Assembly: GCA_951406725.2 (NCBI GenBank)
Contig: OX597822.1
Span: forward strand, 56,110,001 to 56,174,000
Direction of reading: 5' to 3'
Length of the DNA: 64,000 bases
Origin: Octopus vulgaris
Taxonomy: Eukaryota
This document shows positions 27,549 to 41,410 of this stretch, in pieces (position 1 is the stretch's first letter; each line of letters begins with the position of its first letter). Under the pieces are notes generated by a model, which did not search any database, was not told the DNA's origin, and saw nothing but the letters and a program-made list of their open reading frames with translations. The position numbers and the translations under genes are program-made.

Positions 27549-28854
27549 GGAGAGAGAGAGAACAATAGATAGATATACATAGTATATATGGATAATATAT
27601 ATTGAGTGTGTATGTATATGACTTGTTAGAGGAGCATCTCTTCCATCTGATTTCAAATCATACCGCAGTTAACTGTGCCATTTGTCTTTTCTGAGTCGTA
27701 AAAATTTACCACTCCAGAATAATGGATTGCACTATTACAGGATTATACGAGACACTTGCCGTACCTATTCTCTTCTGACAGTAAGACTTGCGATGTATTA
27801 AGCCGTGTCGGCGCTATTCAGTTAGTCTTTCGCTTGTATAAACATCAGTAGTGTGAAGCGGAGACAACTGCTACAAGTGCTCAAGAGTTTTTCTTCATTC
27901 TTCGTTTATATTTTTGACTGCGCAGACAATCTTGGTCAGTGAATGCCTTAAAATTTCAGACCTTAAATGTACGTAACTGACATCGAATATGCAGTACTGT
28001 TACAATGTTATGAAAGTAAACGAGATACAAAAATTGAGAGAACGCTCTGTTTTTTGTCTTTTTCTTTTCATAAAGATAATCAGTTCAGCCAACAAAGCTA
28101 CTTTATGTAACTGTATATTAATATATGGTCAGATGTTGTTTTAATATGATAAAACGATAGACTATTTATAAAAGTGTCAAATATAATGGAAACCATAATT
28201 TAGCTGGAATGTTTGTGTATAACAGTCTCAAGAAGACTGGCTTCATTGATGAAAAGAAGCCAACATAAGCATTTAATGGAATTCAAAATAATCTTCCAAG
28301 ATTCTACTAGAGTCAATAGCACCTTCGGTATGCAAAACAAATCTATAAATTTCTAACAATCAACCAACAAATGCTGTAACAATCAACCAAATTCAATGTT
28401 AATATAAAAGAATTCTATAGAAGAATCGTTAAGTAGTTTTGTTATTACTCCTCTTTGAAACGGACAATTCGTATCCTATTTTACTGCTTCGAGTTTACTA
28501 TCATTGTTGTCAGGGATTTTGGTCAACGAGGCTAAATTCACACGGAATACGTCATTTTCCTTACAAGCACGTATCATAAATATTCAATTTTACGGAAGAA
28601 GGGATTCGTATTAATGGATAAAACTTTAGTAGAATCTTTCATTAAACGAAAAGAAGAATTCAAGTTCTGATGATTTCATTTTCAAAGACTTTGGGAAAAC
28701 ATGAGTATAAGATTTATATTAACTACAATGAGATAACATACGTCCGAGAAATCTGCTGGTGTTGCTGCTGCTGCTACTACTACTACCACTACTGTTGCTG
28801 CTGCTGCTGTTGCTTCTGCTGCTGCTGCTACTGCTGCGGCTGCTGCTGCTAAAT

Positions 28855-29840
28855 CTTTTAACAAAGGCACAAAGCGAGTAATTCGGAAAATTAAACCGAC
28901 CTTAGTACTTGACTTATGCTGTATTTTATCGACCCCTGCAGGAATGAATGCTAAAGTGGATCATTTTGAAGGAAAGGGTTAGGTTGATAACATCAACCCC
29001 AGTATTAGACTGGTGTTTTAGATTATCAACCTCACAAAAATGAAAGACAAGGTTGAACTGGATGCGATTTGAACGTAGAACATAAAGCTTTGGAAGAAAT
29101 ACTACTAAGTGTATTGTCTGATGCGTTAATGATTCTGCTATGTCACCTCCTTCCTTATCTACTGCAGACACAAGGCCTGAAATTTGGGGGAAGGGGTTAG
29201 ACGATTACTCTCCTGGTACTCTCCTGGTACATGGTTCATCTGTTTCTTTATTACCCACAAGGGGCTAAACACAGAGGGGACAAACAAGGACGGACAAACG
29301 AATTAAGTCGATTATATCGACCCCAGTGCGTAACTGGTACTTAATATATCGACATCGAAAGGATGAAAGGCAAAGTCAACCTCGGCGGAATTTGAACTCA
29401 GAACGTAACGGCAGACGAAATACGGCTACGCATTTCGCCCTGCGTGCTAAAAGTTCCGTCAGCTCGCCGTCTTAGGTACATGTTTCCTCGACCCCAAAAT
29501 GATTAATGTCGAACTCGGCGGAATCTGAGATCAGAATGTAAAGCTAGGGCAATTGCCGCTATGCATTTCGTTCAGCGCGGTAACGATTCAGCCAATTCGT
29601 CGCCTTGCGCCTGCTTAGTAAAAATATTTTCAAAGTTTGGCACAAGGCCAACAGCTACGAGGTAGAGGGTAAATCAGTTACACCGACCCCATTACTCCAG
29701 TGGCTGCTTATTTTATCGATCCGGAACGGATGAAAGGCAAAGTCAACTTCGTTAGTATTTGAATTCAGAACGCAAAGATCGGGAAAAAAACAACACAAAG
29801 CATTTTACCCGGCGTGTTAAAGATCCTGTCTGCTCGCTGC
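28855..29840 (-). mobile_element. Cluster of ~5-6 nested or tandem SINE family B copies, all on the same strand
   Basis: Repeated ATCGACCCC..GGATGAAAGGCAAAGTC..TTTGAACTCAGAACG modules near 28925, 29025, 29345, 29490 and 29715. Similar clusters at 36200-36650, 39120-39542 and 53120-53510. Confidence 0.8.
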
Positions 29841-31051
29841 TCTTATAATGATAATGAGAAGCGAGGGAAGGGGTAATGATTCATTTTTAGCCGCAAGTGG
29901 GCGTTATATAAAGATAGGGATGGGTAGTTTATATAATAGACGAGTTGAAAGTTGAAAGGCAGAAAATTTGGGTCCCTAGTTTTGATGAAGTCTTGCGCAA
30001 CTCATACTAGTGACGAATAGTCTATTGTCACAAAAGGTTTTATAAGTAGTTCCTTTGTTGGTGTATAAACAATAAAGGGATCCCGTGTTTGCTAGAGTTT
30101 AAATATAATATTTCACACGCACCGAAATTTACATTGCCGTATTTTTCTGATATGATCTTTCTGACATGATCCACATACCCCGACCTCGTTCTTTGTATAG
30201 TTGCGTATTTTGTTTTCCGAAGTCTTCCAGTAATTCGTTCAGATCGTTCATTAATGATTCAATTTTTATGTGCAGCATACGAAATCAGCTATGTCAGTTT
30301 TGTTGGTCCGTAACTTGAATTTGCCTTTATTTTATATTCGTTATTTTCTTCTAATGAATCTTTCTTTTTAGTGTTGTCACAAACAATTTGCCCAATTTTC
30401 TCCCCCATCTCCTCCATAACATCTCAAAATGATGGGGTAGTATTGCTGGGAAGGAAACTTAACTCATTGAAAAATATAGACCAAAACATTTTATTCTATC
30501 AAAACAAAATCATGTTAAATTAACAAAACCTAATCGTTCCCAACATTTTTTATTATCTCCCTTATACCGAAAAATCCCTGATTACCTCCTCCTGTTTGGA
30601 ACTCTTATGCATTACACCATAGCGAAGAGATGACACTGTATCTGTAAATGAATTTGAAAAACTTGAAAAAAAACCCACGAAACCGGTTATTTCTACAAAA
30701 ACAATATCACTACACACATTTTCCTAACATGACGATTTTAATATACTTTTAACCATATAATACAAATCTTCTGTAGTTTTGTCATTCCATTTTCTTTTTT
30801 ATACATCTAACCACGTGCTTTCACATACCAACTCTCTCACCCGTATATATATATATATATATATATGATGTAAGGGTAAGATTCAAGTATCAAGGTGTAG
30901 GAAGTTTGTAATCTTCAAGCAGTCCGTAGAAGTTATAAAAAAACAACTTTCAGAAACAATAGTAGTCTATTCACGTAGAAGACTGCAAACTTTTACCGTA
31001 TCGAAGCTCGATAAGCTGCAAAAGTTCTTTTTCTATGGCTTATGGTTAGTA

Positions 31052-31370
31052 GGTGGAGGCGCAATGGCCCAGTGGTTAAGACAGCGAACTCACGGTCGGA
31101 GGATCGTGGTTTCGATTCCCAGACCGGGCGTTGTGTGTGTTTATTGAGCGAAAACACCTAAAAGAGCTCCACAAGTCTCCGACAGGGGATGGTGGCGACC
31201 CCTGTTATACTCTTTCGCCACAACTTTCACTCTCTCTTCCTGTTTCTTGAGTAACACTACGATGGACTGGCGTCCCGTCCAGCTGAGGGGAGCATATACG
31301 CCACAGAAACCGGTAAACCGGGCTCATGAGCCTGGCCAGGCTTGAAAAGGGTGACGTTTACGTTTATCGT
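31052..31370 (+). mobile_element. tRNA-derived SINE family C (V-SINE-like central motif)
   Basis: A box TGGCCCAGTGG, B box GGTTTCGATTCC, body motif CGATGGACTGGCGTCCCGTCCAG and a short tandem tail. Confidence 0.7.
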
Positions 31371-31522
31371 TACGGTTAGCAGCAGGGGTTGCTGTGTATA
31401 CGAATAAAAATCCCAAATTATAGAATGGTGTTGATAAAATCCAGACTACATATTTCATAGTTAACAGAACGTCGGAAGTAGTAATCATCAGTATCTATGA
31501 TTTTGTGTATATATATATATAA

Positions 31523-31553
<31 letters not shown>

Positions 31554-31725
31554 ATACATGCACTAAATGCAAAACATGAAAGCAAACGGTCAAGGATAGT
31601 AAGAATGTACAAGTGCATGCATACATATTTCTCTCATACCAAATATTTTTTTTAGTCTCTTGTTCAGGTAAACGAAGTATAAATCAACGGAACCAGGTTC
31701 ATAATACAGACGACAAACACACATA

Positions 31726-33017
31726 CGAGGGGCGTTCAATAAGTAATGCCTTTGACCCACTTGCCTTTGTTTGATATAGCTGAAATTTTGCATGTGCAAT
31801 TATTGATATCTCTATAGATAAAGCGGCAAATTACAGCTCCGAACTAATTGTGGTTTCTGATTTACAGGTGTTTGAAATGAGTCAAGTGGGAAATAGAGCA
31901 TATTGAGTGTCGAGCAGTGATCCAGTTTTTGTATTTGAAATGACGCACACCACAAGAGACTTTTAATGAAATGAAAGTAAGTTATGGTGATGATGCCCCA
32001 TCATATGACCTTGTAAAACGCTGGCATCGTGAATTCAAACATGGTCGGAACTCTGTGGAAACAGCTCCCAGATCTGGTCGCACCCCTTCTGCCATTGATG
32101 AGGCACCTGTCCGTCAAGTTGAGGCTGCCATTTTGGAAGATCGACGCATAACTATTGGCCAAATAGCCCATGAGGTCAAGATTAGTACCGGGTCTGTGGA
32201 AACTATCATTCATGACCATTTGCATATGCAAAAGGTGTCTACCAGATGGATTTCCAGGTTGCTCACACCTTTCCAGAAGCAAGAACGCAAGAATTCCAGA
32301 AGCAAGAATTTAGGGATGTGCCAAGAAGATGAGTCAACATTTTTCAATAGACTGATTACACAGGATGAGACCTGGGTCCATCACTATGATCCAGAGACCA
32401 AAGCGCAGTCAATGCAGTGGAAGCACCATGACTCACCTCCTCCAAAGAAGGCAAGGGTGCAGCTCTCCGCTGGCAAGGTCATGCTCACAGTCTTCTGGGA
32501 CCAGGACCGAGTAGTGATGACAGATTTCCTGGCAAAGGGTACCACAATTACAGGAGCCTATCATGTTTCACTTTTGAGGAAATTAAGAGAAGCTATCGAA
32601 ACCAAGAGGCGGGGCAAGATCAGCAAAGGCATCCTCCTGCTGCAGGACAACGCTCCGGTCCACAACTCGCGTTTCGCCAGATCAGAAGCACAGGCGTGCG
32701 GCTATGAACTCTTCCCCCATCCCCCTACTCTCCTGACCTTGCACCCTCTCATTTTCACCTCTTCCCAGCCATGAAGTTGTTTTTGAAAGGAAAGCGTTTC
32801 CCAGATAATGCAGCCTTGATTTATGAAGTCACGTCGTGGTTGGAAGACCAAGCTGGGGTCTTCTACGAAAACGGTCTCCAGAACTGCATCAAACGATGGG
32901 AGAAATGCGTACCTCTGGGTTGTTCCTATGTAGAAAAAGACTAATACCTGTGCCAAGTTTCGTTGCTCTACTGCTATGGGAAGTGGGTCAGGGGCATTAC
33001 TTATTGAACGCCCCTCG
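31726..33017 (+). mobile_element. Full-length (1292 bp) mariner transposon with inactivated transposase
   Basis: TIRs CGAGGGGCGTTCAATAAGTAATGCC / GGCATTACTTATTGAACGCCCCTCG with TA TSD. Motifs WISRLL, TQDETWVHHYDPETK and LLQDNAPVH. Lesions: in-frame TGA near 31941, a frameshift near 32725, and YSPDLAPSH in place of YSPDLAPSD. Confidence 0.95.
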
Positions 33018-33054
33018 TATATGTATATGTATGTGTGTGTGTCTGCATATATAC

Positions 33055-33084
<30 letters not shown>

Positions 33085-33087
<3 letters not shown>

Positions 33088-33506
33088 ATAGTTATCGCCA
33101 TACTAATATGGCATTCTTATAAAAATAAGAATAAAGCTGTCCGCTTATTAGCTCCATGAGGCCATCGCCTTAAGTTAGCTATTTGATACACAAACTGTAT
33201 CCATATAACCTTCGAACAAGGGAGGTCAGTCGCTCCACACTACTTTACCGGTAGCTACAGACGCGTTTCGGGGTATTGCCCCTTTTCAATGCAGCGTAGC
33301 CAGCCAGTAGGTGTCGCTTCTGACAATCGTCTGTAGCTGCCGGTCAAGTAGTGTGGAGCGACTGACCTCCCTTGTTCGAAGGTTATATGGATATAGTTTG
33401 TGTATCAAATAGCTAACTTAAGGCGATGGCCTCATGGAGCTAATAAGCGGACAGCTTTATTCTTATTTTTATAAGAATGCCATATTAGTATGGCGATAAC
33501 TATTAT
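33085..33506. repeat. Foldback element: ~179-bp near-perfect inverted arms (33085-33263, 33328-33506) with a 64-bp spacer
   Basis: The arms are reverse complements, and the same peptide [24 protein letters not shown] appears in ORFs on both strands. (TA)n tracts lie on both sides. Confidence 0.95.
33254..33295 (-). ncRNA. Minimal hammerhead-like ribozyme motif with a variant core
   Basis: Minus strand GCTGCA-TTGAAAA-GGGG CAATA CCCC-GAAAC-GC-GTC-TGTAGC. Stem I GCUGCA/UGUAGC, palindromic stem III ACGCGT, GUC triplet. The core is UUGAAAA instead of CUGANGA. Confidence 0.6.
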
Positions 33507-33563
33507 TTTCCGGGAACGCTGCCGCTGTTCTCTTTTAGAGAGACTTAGTAATTTTAATATTTC

Positions 33564-33597
<34 letters not shown>

Positions 33598-33686
33598 CAA
33601 TAATAATTCTCTAAATGAGATATAGACAGTGACTGCTCCATAACATAAGGGACATTAGCCAACTGAATATGGCTAGGGACAGGGCA

Positions 33687-33736
<50 letters not shown>

Positions 33737-33738
33737 AT

Positions 33739-33798
<60 letters not shown>

Positions 33799-33825
33799 GT
33801 ATATATATATGTATATATATATATG

Positions 33826-33871
<46 letters not shown>

Positions 33872-33874
<3 letters not shown>

Positions 33875-34932
33875 TGAACTACAAAAGAAACGACGCACTG
33901 TAAATGATAATTTGTTTCACGCTCGATATTGAGTTTATATGGATTTTATCACATTTCTAGGTAATTTGACATCAGATAGATGTCACTGACTCACAACATC
34001 TCTCTTTTGAAAATACAAGAATTGCATGTAAGTTTCGAACTCGCTCACTTTTCCTGAACATGGTAATGCTTGTGAACGAATTTTTATGAAAAGCATGAGG
34101 CACATGCAAAACTTGTAATTATTGGGTATAAAAACCTGTCATTCGTTTCCTGAACGCAGCAAGCATACTAGAGATGACATGAAATCAGTGGGTGCAGGCC
34201 ATCGGATGTCTCTATGCTGGTCAATATCGAAGGTCCATCGTAGTATTCTGACAATTGAGGCGGCTGAGGGGACGAAACCTTGCTACAAACAGCACAGATG
34301 ATTGTCCATGCAGTGGCCAACCGAGGTTTACAACGGCACGTTAAGAGCGCCACCTGCACCGACAGCACTTGCAGGACCGATTCCGTAGGGCAACGGAATC
34401 AGCTAGGCAGACCACTGAGCAGAGACAGTTCCAGCACGACAACGCCCGTGCCTATACTGCCAGGTTGACAGCAGACTTCCTCCAAAAGCACAACATCCAG
34501 ACACGCCATTGCCAGCACTAAGTCCGGACTTGAACCCCATAGAGCACCTGAGGGACAAAATTTAAAGAAGGCTAAATAACACCCGCCCAAGCCTGATAAC
34601 TGCGGCACAACTCACTGCAAAATTTAAGTGTGGAAGATGCTATCCTCATGGCCTTCATCAATCATTTTGTGTATTGAATGTACAGAAGATACTTAGCGAT
34701 AATCAACGCTAACGGTGGTCAGACGAGATATTGAGTTCATTTCTTTAGATCCAGGACACTCCGTCATCCCTCGGTCATCACCATGTGACGTCAAACATGT
34801 TTCACGAAATGACGTTTTATCGTTAGGAAAGAACGGTTTCTTAATTAGTACCCTCCAATCTGAGCTATAGCAATCTGTTAATAAACTGATTTCTATTCAG
34901 TATGTGTGCAGCATTTCTTTTGTGGTTCCGTT
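33872..34932 (+). mobile_element. Degenerate Tc1 (DD34E) transposon
   Basis: Imperfect TIRs TACTGAACTACAAAAGAAACGACGCAC / GTGCAGCATTTCTTTTGTGGTTCCGTT. Peptide FQHDNARAYTARLTADFL...PALSPDLNPIEHL. Confidence 0.8.
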
Positions 34933-37900
34933 TATATATATTGGACGGACCTACCAAATCCACACACAAGACTCTGGTCCGCCCCAGGCTATAGTATTAG
35001 ACAAGATACAATGAAGTGTGGAGTTCATAAAATACTCAAACTAAAGAAAATTCAAGCTGTGACTACGTTTATCATTGTATATATGCATGTTAGTGTGCTT
35101 GGCGTAAAAACGCTCTGTATGTGTGCACGCGTACATACGTGTATATGCATTTCTGTGTGTGTTTTAAATGGTGTATCTGGGTTTGTGACATATTTCATTA
35201 TCATACATTTATTCAATCTGCATAAATAAATTGCCATCAACATTTTCCCCCTATTTCTGCTAATTTAATCTAACACGAGAAATTTTTGATGACCGATGTA
35301 TACCACTTTGTACTTAATCAACTAAATGACTGTAATTGTCTATAGCAATCACATCGTTAAAATACAATTTTCTTCCAATATAACAAGTAATTATTGAAGG
35401 AAATTGAATGTTTATTATTAATATAATGGATCAGAAATTGATAAAAGAGGGAGTAAAAAGAAGACGAACAGAATGTCGCTGAACAGCAATACCTAGTTAG
35501 CCAAAATTGCGACTATTGACAGAATTAGACTCTGTAATAAATGGATAAAGGGCGACTAATTTTACGTGTATTTCTTGTAATTTAATTTCTTTTTGTCTTA
35601 CTTATTTACATCACCTCCTCTTCCCCCTCCTCTTCCTCCTTCTTTCTCTTCATTTTTATCTAATCTTGTACAGTTGCCGCTGCTTTTCCTTTTGTCCTTC
35701 CTGTCTTTTTTCTTTCTTTTTTCTTTCTTCCTTTTCTTCTTTTTCTTCTTCTTCTTCTTCTTCTTCTTCTTCTTCTTCTTCTTCTCCACCTCGTTCTTGT
35801 TCTTGTTGTTATTGTTGTTGTTGTTGTTGTTCTTCTTCCTCTTTTTGTTTTTGTTGTCATTGTTCTTCTTGGAATTCTTCTAGTTCTATTTTTTTCCATT
35901 CTACTTCTTTATTGCTGCCGTTGTAAGGCTTATAACAATTTGTTCCGTCGTCAGGACGAAGGGCCCGAGTACATAAATCACTCATAAGGCCTCCTTATCG
36001 TGAATGGAGTAGAAGACGTCCTGAAATTGGGCATCTGGGCGGAATGCATATAACAGAGTGAACGCCTCTAAAGTTGGCCAATGGCCATGATAAAATTTCA
36101 ACTCAGAAGACCAAGAACAAGGAACCAGTACTGCAAGCAATCCAATACGAAGCTCGAACGATCCCACCGATTTACTGCATGACATTGGTTCTTCAGTCAT
36201 TGAAACCCGAAGGAACACAAGCTAGGTTATCTCGGCAGGATTTGAACTCAAAATGCAAAGCACCGGTATTTTGTCTGAGGTTTCAAAGACGAATTGATAG
36301 CCTGCAAAATAGATATCAGTTTCGCATTTTGTCACAAGGCCAGCAATTTCGGGAGAGGTGGTAAGTCGATTACATCGTCCCCCACCCAGTGATTGACTGG
36401 TATTTATTTTAACGACCTCGGAAGGATGACAGGCAAAGTCAACCGCAGTGGAATTGGAACTCAGCGTAAAGGCGGACGAAATATTGCAAAGCATCGATCC
36501 CAGTGATCGACTGATATTTATTTTAACGAACCCGATAGGATGAAAGGCTAAGCCAGCCTCGGTGGAATTTGAACTCAGAACATTAAGGTAGACGAAATGC
36601 TGCCAAGCATTTTGCCCAGCGTTCTCACGATTCTGTCAGTTCGTTGGCTTGCCTACTAAATAAGTATTGTATTGTCCTACATCAAACGCGTCAGAATTCG
36701 TAACCGGTTTCGATTTGTCTTCTGTTTACCTCGAAAATATACTTTATGATCAATGATTCAGCCCAAAGAAGATGGACAGAGTTTAGTAATGTGAATGGAG
36801 AGCAACGCTCGTCTCACTGTAAGCAACTAAAGTACTGAGCAGTTGACGGTTGTTATTAGATCTCCCATTTAAGTATACACGCATGGGGCGTCCTGAGGGT
36901 TAACCTAGATAGCTAGACAGACAGACAGACAGACAGGCAGGCAGGCAAGCGGACAGACAGACAGACAGACAGACAGATAGATTATTAGATCAAAATGCTG
37001 CACTAGACCACTGCACTAAACCATTCTTTTATCGTATACATGCTTCAGTCATTGGACTGCAGCCATGCTGAAGCACCACTTTGAAGGATTTAGTTTTCGC
37101 AATCGAGTCCAGTACTAATTTTTAAGCATGGTATTCATTCTATTGTTCTCTTTGCCGAAATGCTAAGTTATGGGGACGTAAACAAGCCAACACTGCTTGT
37201 CAAGCATGGCGGACAGACACTAATACACATAGATACATACATACACACATATATACATATACATTCATTCACACACAAACACGCACACACACGTATATAT
37301 GACGAACTTTTTTCAGTTTGTGTCCACCGAATCTACGCATAACTTTGGACGGCCTGGGACTATAGTAGAAGACACTTGCCAAAGGTAGTACGCATTGGGA
37401 CTGAATTCAGAACCATTTGATTTGGAAGCAAACCTCACAGCTACGCCTGAGCTATTCACACAACCACTTCAGAGTTATTTTATATGTCTTTCTTTTTTTT
37501 GACATGATTTATCATTAAAACTGTAGATATTTCTTTTATTAAACGTGTGTTTTACTTATGTAAAGAATTGTTTTAATTCATAACATTAAGTTAAACCCCT
37601 ATTTATGTATGCATGCATGAATTAAGTCCGCCAATTGGTCCTAACAAAGTTTTGTCAATTTTATAGTGACACGAGTTCAAATAATGAGTTGTTCATACTC
37701 TCAGGTTCCCAGTTTCAAATAGAGTGATTTGCCTCTTAGAAAATTAAGTGCGTGAAATACACATCTCCGAACCAACATCTGATAAAGGCATTACATCCTT
37801 TGCCACCCATCGTTTTCATTATCGTCCATTTCCCAGTATATCCTCTTTAGGAAAAATGGTAGGGGTGTGCTTTGAAGCGAAATATAGCGGTTAGTTTTTG

Positions 37901-38129
37901 CAGCTCAAACAACCACATACCAGTTCATTCGTTGGCCCGTGGTAGGGTTTTCTTAGCAGCGGAGGTTTTGACAGTCGTTGCTGTAGTATTTATAGTATTT
38001 ATGGAAAAGTGTTTGTGGTAGTAGTGGTACCAGTTGTAATGGTGTTTTGCATTCTTTGTTGCAGTGATGTTAAGAGGAGAAATGGAACTCCTGTAACTAT
38101 TTCTAAATAATTTTCCTATTATTTTTCAG

Positions 38130-38178
38130 AGGCATGCAATATTTCGAAGACAAGCTGGTCTCCTCGCCGGAAAAATAG
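38130..38178 (+). CDS. CRHBP: Candidate 49-nt exon of the CRH-BP gene (RHAIFRRQAGLLAGKI + G)
   Basis: Polypyrimidine tract and TTTTTCAG acceptor; donor AG/GTAATT; GC-richer than its flanks. It ends in phase 1, so G + AT of the 55718 exon gives Asp (KI-D-CNQ). Basic RR precedes the first Cys, as in vertebrate RRALRC. Confidence 0.6.
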
Positions 38179-38296
38179 GTAATTAATATCTTCTCTTTTA
38201 CCTGTTTTATCTTTTTTTACTTGTTTCAGTCATTAGACTGTGGCCATGATGAGGCATCGCATTGAATTTTTCAAGTCAAATTAAACGACCGCATTT

Positions 38297-38339
<43 letters not shown>

Positions 38340-40129
38340 CCAAGTATTTATTGCCGAACCCCTACGTTACGGGGACGTAAACACACCATCACCGGCTGTC
38401 AAGCTGTGGTAGGGGGCAGACACAGACACAAAGGCACACATACACACACACATACGAAGGTCTTTCAATTGCCGTATACCAAATCCACTCAAATGTCTTT
38501 GGTCGGTCCGAGACTATAAAAAAAGACATTTGCCTAAGGTGCCACGCAGTGAAACTGAAACCGGAACCGTGTGGCTAGGAAGAAAACTTCTTACCACACA
38601 ACCACAATGCGCCAATATTTAATCTTAGACAATGTTTATAAATTGTAAGAATTTGATCTGAAGCACAAAGAAAATAATTTTATCTTCAACTGCTTCGTCA
38701 GAGAATGAAGTGTAATGCATACAATCCTTTGTTACAGGGCCTCCGTAATTTGGCGGTAGAAAGGGAATAAGAAATCTGGCTTGAATGCTGAAAGCAATAT
38801 GAGCTCTGCCAAATGTGCTGTGAAGCCAGGAAATGGGGAAGTTTAACAAGACAGATTATGCCTATCAAACGCATATACTATTTGCAGGACACACGCATTC
38901 ATTTATATTTATGTATGTCTATACTGACATGTGTGTGTGTGTGGTTTATTCCGTTATTGGCGGAATCGACAAAAATATACCTCGTCCAGCGTCAGATAAA
39001 TAACATTCACGATACACAGGATTTAAATGCGAGTTACTACAAGCTTCTCTGTGTAAGTTTACCCTGTTGATATATAAATATTTATATATTTATACTTAAA
39101 TATTCATCGTAGGAAAATTTTCTACTCAAGGCATAAGGCCCGAAATTTGGGGGGAGGGGCCAGTCAATTAGATCGACCTCAGTATGCAACTGATACTTAA
39201 TTCATCGACTCCGAAAGGATGAAAAGCAAGTCGACCTCGGAGGAATTTGAACTCAGAATGTAAAGACAGACAAAATAACACTAAGCATTTCGCCCGGCGT
39301 GCTAACGTTTCTTATTTCTTTACTATCCACAAGGGTCTAGACACAGAGAGGACAAACAAGGACAGACAAACGGATTAAGTCGATTACATCGACCCCAGTG
39401 AACCGGTACTTAATTTATCGACCCCGAAATGATGAAAGACAAAGTCGACCTCGGCGGAATTTGAACTCAGAACGTAGCGGCAGACGAAAAACCGCTAAGC
39501 ATTTCGCCCGGCGTGCAAACGTTTCTGCCAGCTCGCCGCCTTAATGATGTACAACATAGTGATTCCAATATTTTTGAGTAACAATACTAGTCCCATACAT
39601 TTTAACATTTATTATTACATTCTGTAAACCTTTTGAGCGTGCGCATTTTTCAACTCTAGTTTCGTACTTTTTAAGGCAACGCTTGTAATATTTTATATAT
39701 GTACCGTATTTCTGCTAATGGTGTGGCGGCCTCTATTAAACTGATACCCAAACGCCGAGCAACTGAAATACTGTGACTGTCACAATATTTAAAAAATGTA
39801 CAGTAAAATCGATAATAATGATCGTATTTGTTTAATATCATACGGAGAGATACTGAACACCAGCTAGTATATTATAAGCTGTACTATAAAGCTATGTATT
39901 TTTTAAAATATTAATATTAATTTTTAGAAAATCATTAACAAAATCTAAAACGACATGCCATGCAACGAAGAGAAGGCGAAAATGAGTAAGACAAATTCCT
40001 TGAAGACAGCTCCGTGCCAAACTATCGCTCATTGGTTGAATGAATTGAAAATTAACCAATAAAACGCGATCATCACGCCAACGGCCACGGCTCCCTTTCA
40101 CTTTCATTTGCAGCCTAGGAATATATTGT

Positions 40130-41010
40130 CAGACCCACAATAGACTCGGCTATGATATAGTGTTGTCGGTCACTGCGTGCCTGACAGATATTGCCGAGGT
40201 TTGATTTTATGACTTAAATGATATAATTATTAATATCAAAGGAAATTCTCACTGCAAGAACAATCAATAGAAGAGGCGTTGATATGGCATTAAATATCGA
40301 ATAGAAAATCAAAGATATTAATTCTGCTCCAGTATATTCATTCATATTAATGAGTCATCTGATGTAAATAATGTTCAACAGATCACATAGTATAATTCAA
40401 AGGTTTTTTTCATGAATAATTGACTGTATTGATACCATTTAAAGGAGAAGTGGGGAAGATTTTATTTGTGAGGCTTTTTTGGATAGTTTGACACAGAAAG
40501 AAATAAGCTCTACAGAATTCGTTTTAGTTACAGCAGATGGATCACAAATATGAAAAGAATAAAGAAAGGATTTAAATATCTACTGATGTATTCACTTGAT
40601 AAAAATGACCACCTTTTCCCTTTATTAACCATGAAAAAGCACTCTGCGCTCGAACTTACTCTTGCCAATGCATGGAAGTTATGTCTTTCCTTGCCAAAGT
40701 TGTAGACAATATAAAAACAAGAGGTCTAAATTTCCTACTACAAAACACTGTGCATTACAAAACATTGACTCTACTAATCAAGGTATATGTTGACTGTACT
40801 AATCAAAACATATGTCTGGTGATTTTCTTATGGTATTGTTCTGAAAAGATTTACGGTTTGCTTGAAATTCATAAAACAATTTTCATAAACTCTTAGACCT
40901 GCTAATTGCATTTTATAGTGGGCATAAAAATTCATTTAAACTTCCTTAAAAAATACCTTTAACGGTTAAAATTATAAACAACTTATAAATAAGGGCAAAC
41001 GAAAAAATTT
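40130..41010 (+). mobile_element. Degenerate hAT (Charlie/GTF2IRD2-like) transposase remnant
   Basis: Fragments NESSDVNNVQQ, VTADG, INHEKALCA and VMSFLAKVVDNIKTRGLN match the order of the DESxD, TDGA, CxxHQExLC and VxKxVNxIxxRxLN motifs. Confidence 0.7.
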
Positions 41011-41365
41011 CTAATGCCAAATATGCCGAAAGTTGGACATATTGTCCATAACCATATAATTTTTCACAATACGCACGCTACTCGAAAAAAAAAAGCCGAC
41101 AGAAATTTCTAAAAAAATTCCATTATTACCATATCGGACCGATTTCAGGGTTAGTTTGTAAGAAACCTCCCTTCGTGAGTGATAAATGTGGCAAAGAAAT
41201 AAATGAAATACTTACTCATACCCATGGAAGAAGCAAAACACTAAGTCATGAGCAGAATTAAATACCCCAAATACATCTAAAATAGAAATACTCGCCCTTA
41301 TTTATAAGTTGTATATATACATATATATATATATATATACATACATACATATATACACACGCGCG

Positions 41366-41410
<45 letters not shown>

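Noticed and set aside
31056-31130. tRNA-like sequence with A and B boxes
   Set aside because: No proper acceptor stem, and it continues into a SINE body; it is a SINE head rather than a tRNA gene.
31971-32774. 267-aa ORF that could be annotated as SETMAR or a domesticated transposase
   Set aside because: It lies within TIRs, has no SET domain, and has a stop, a frameshift and a mutated catalytic residue.
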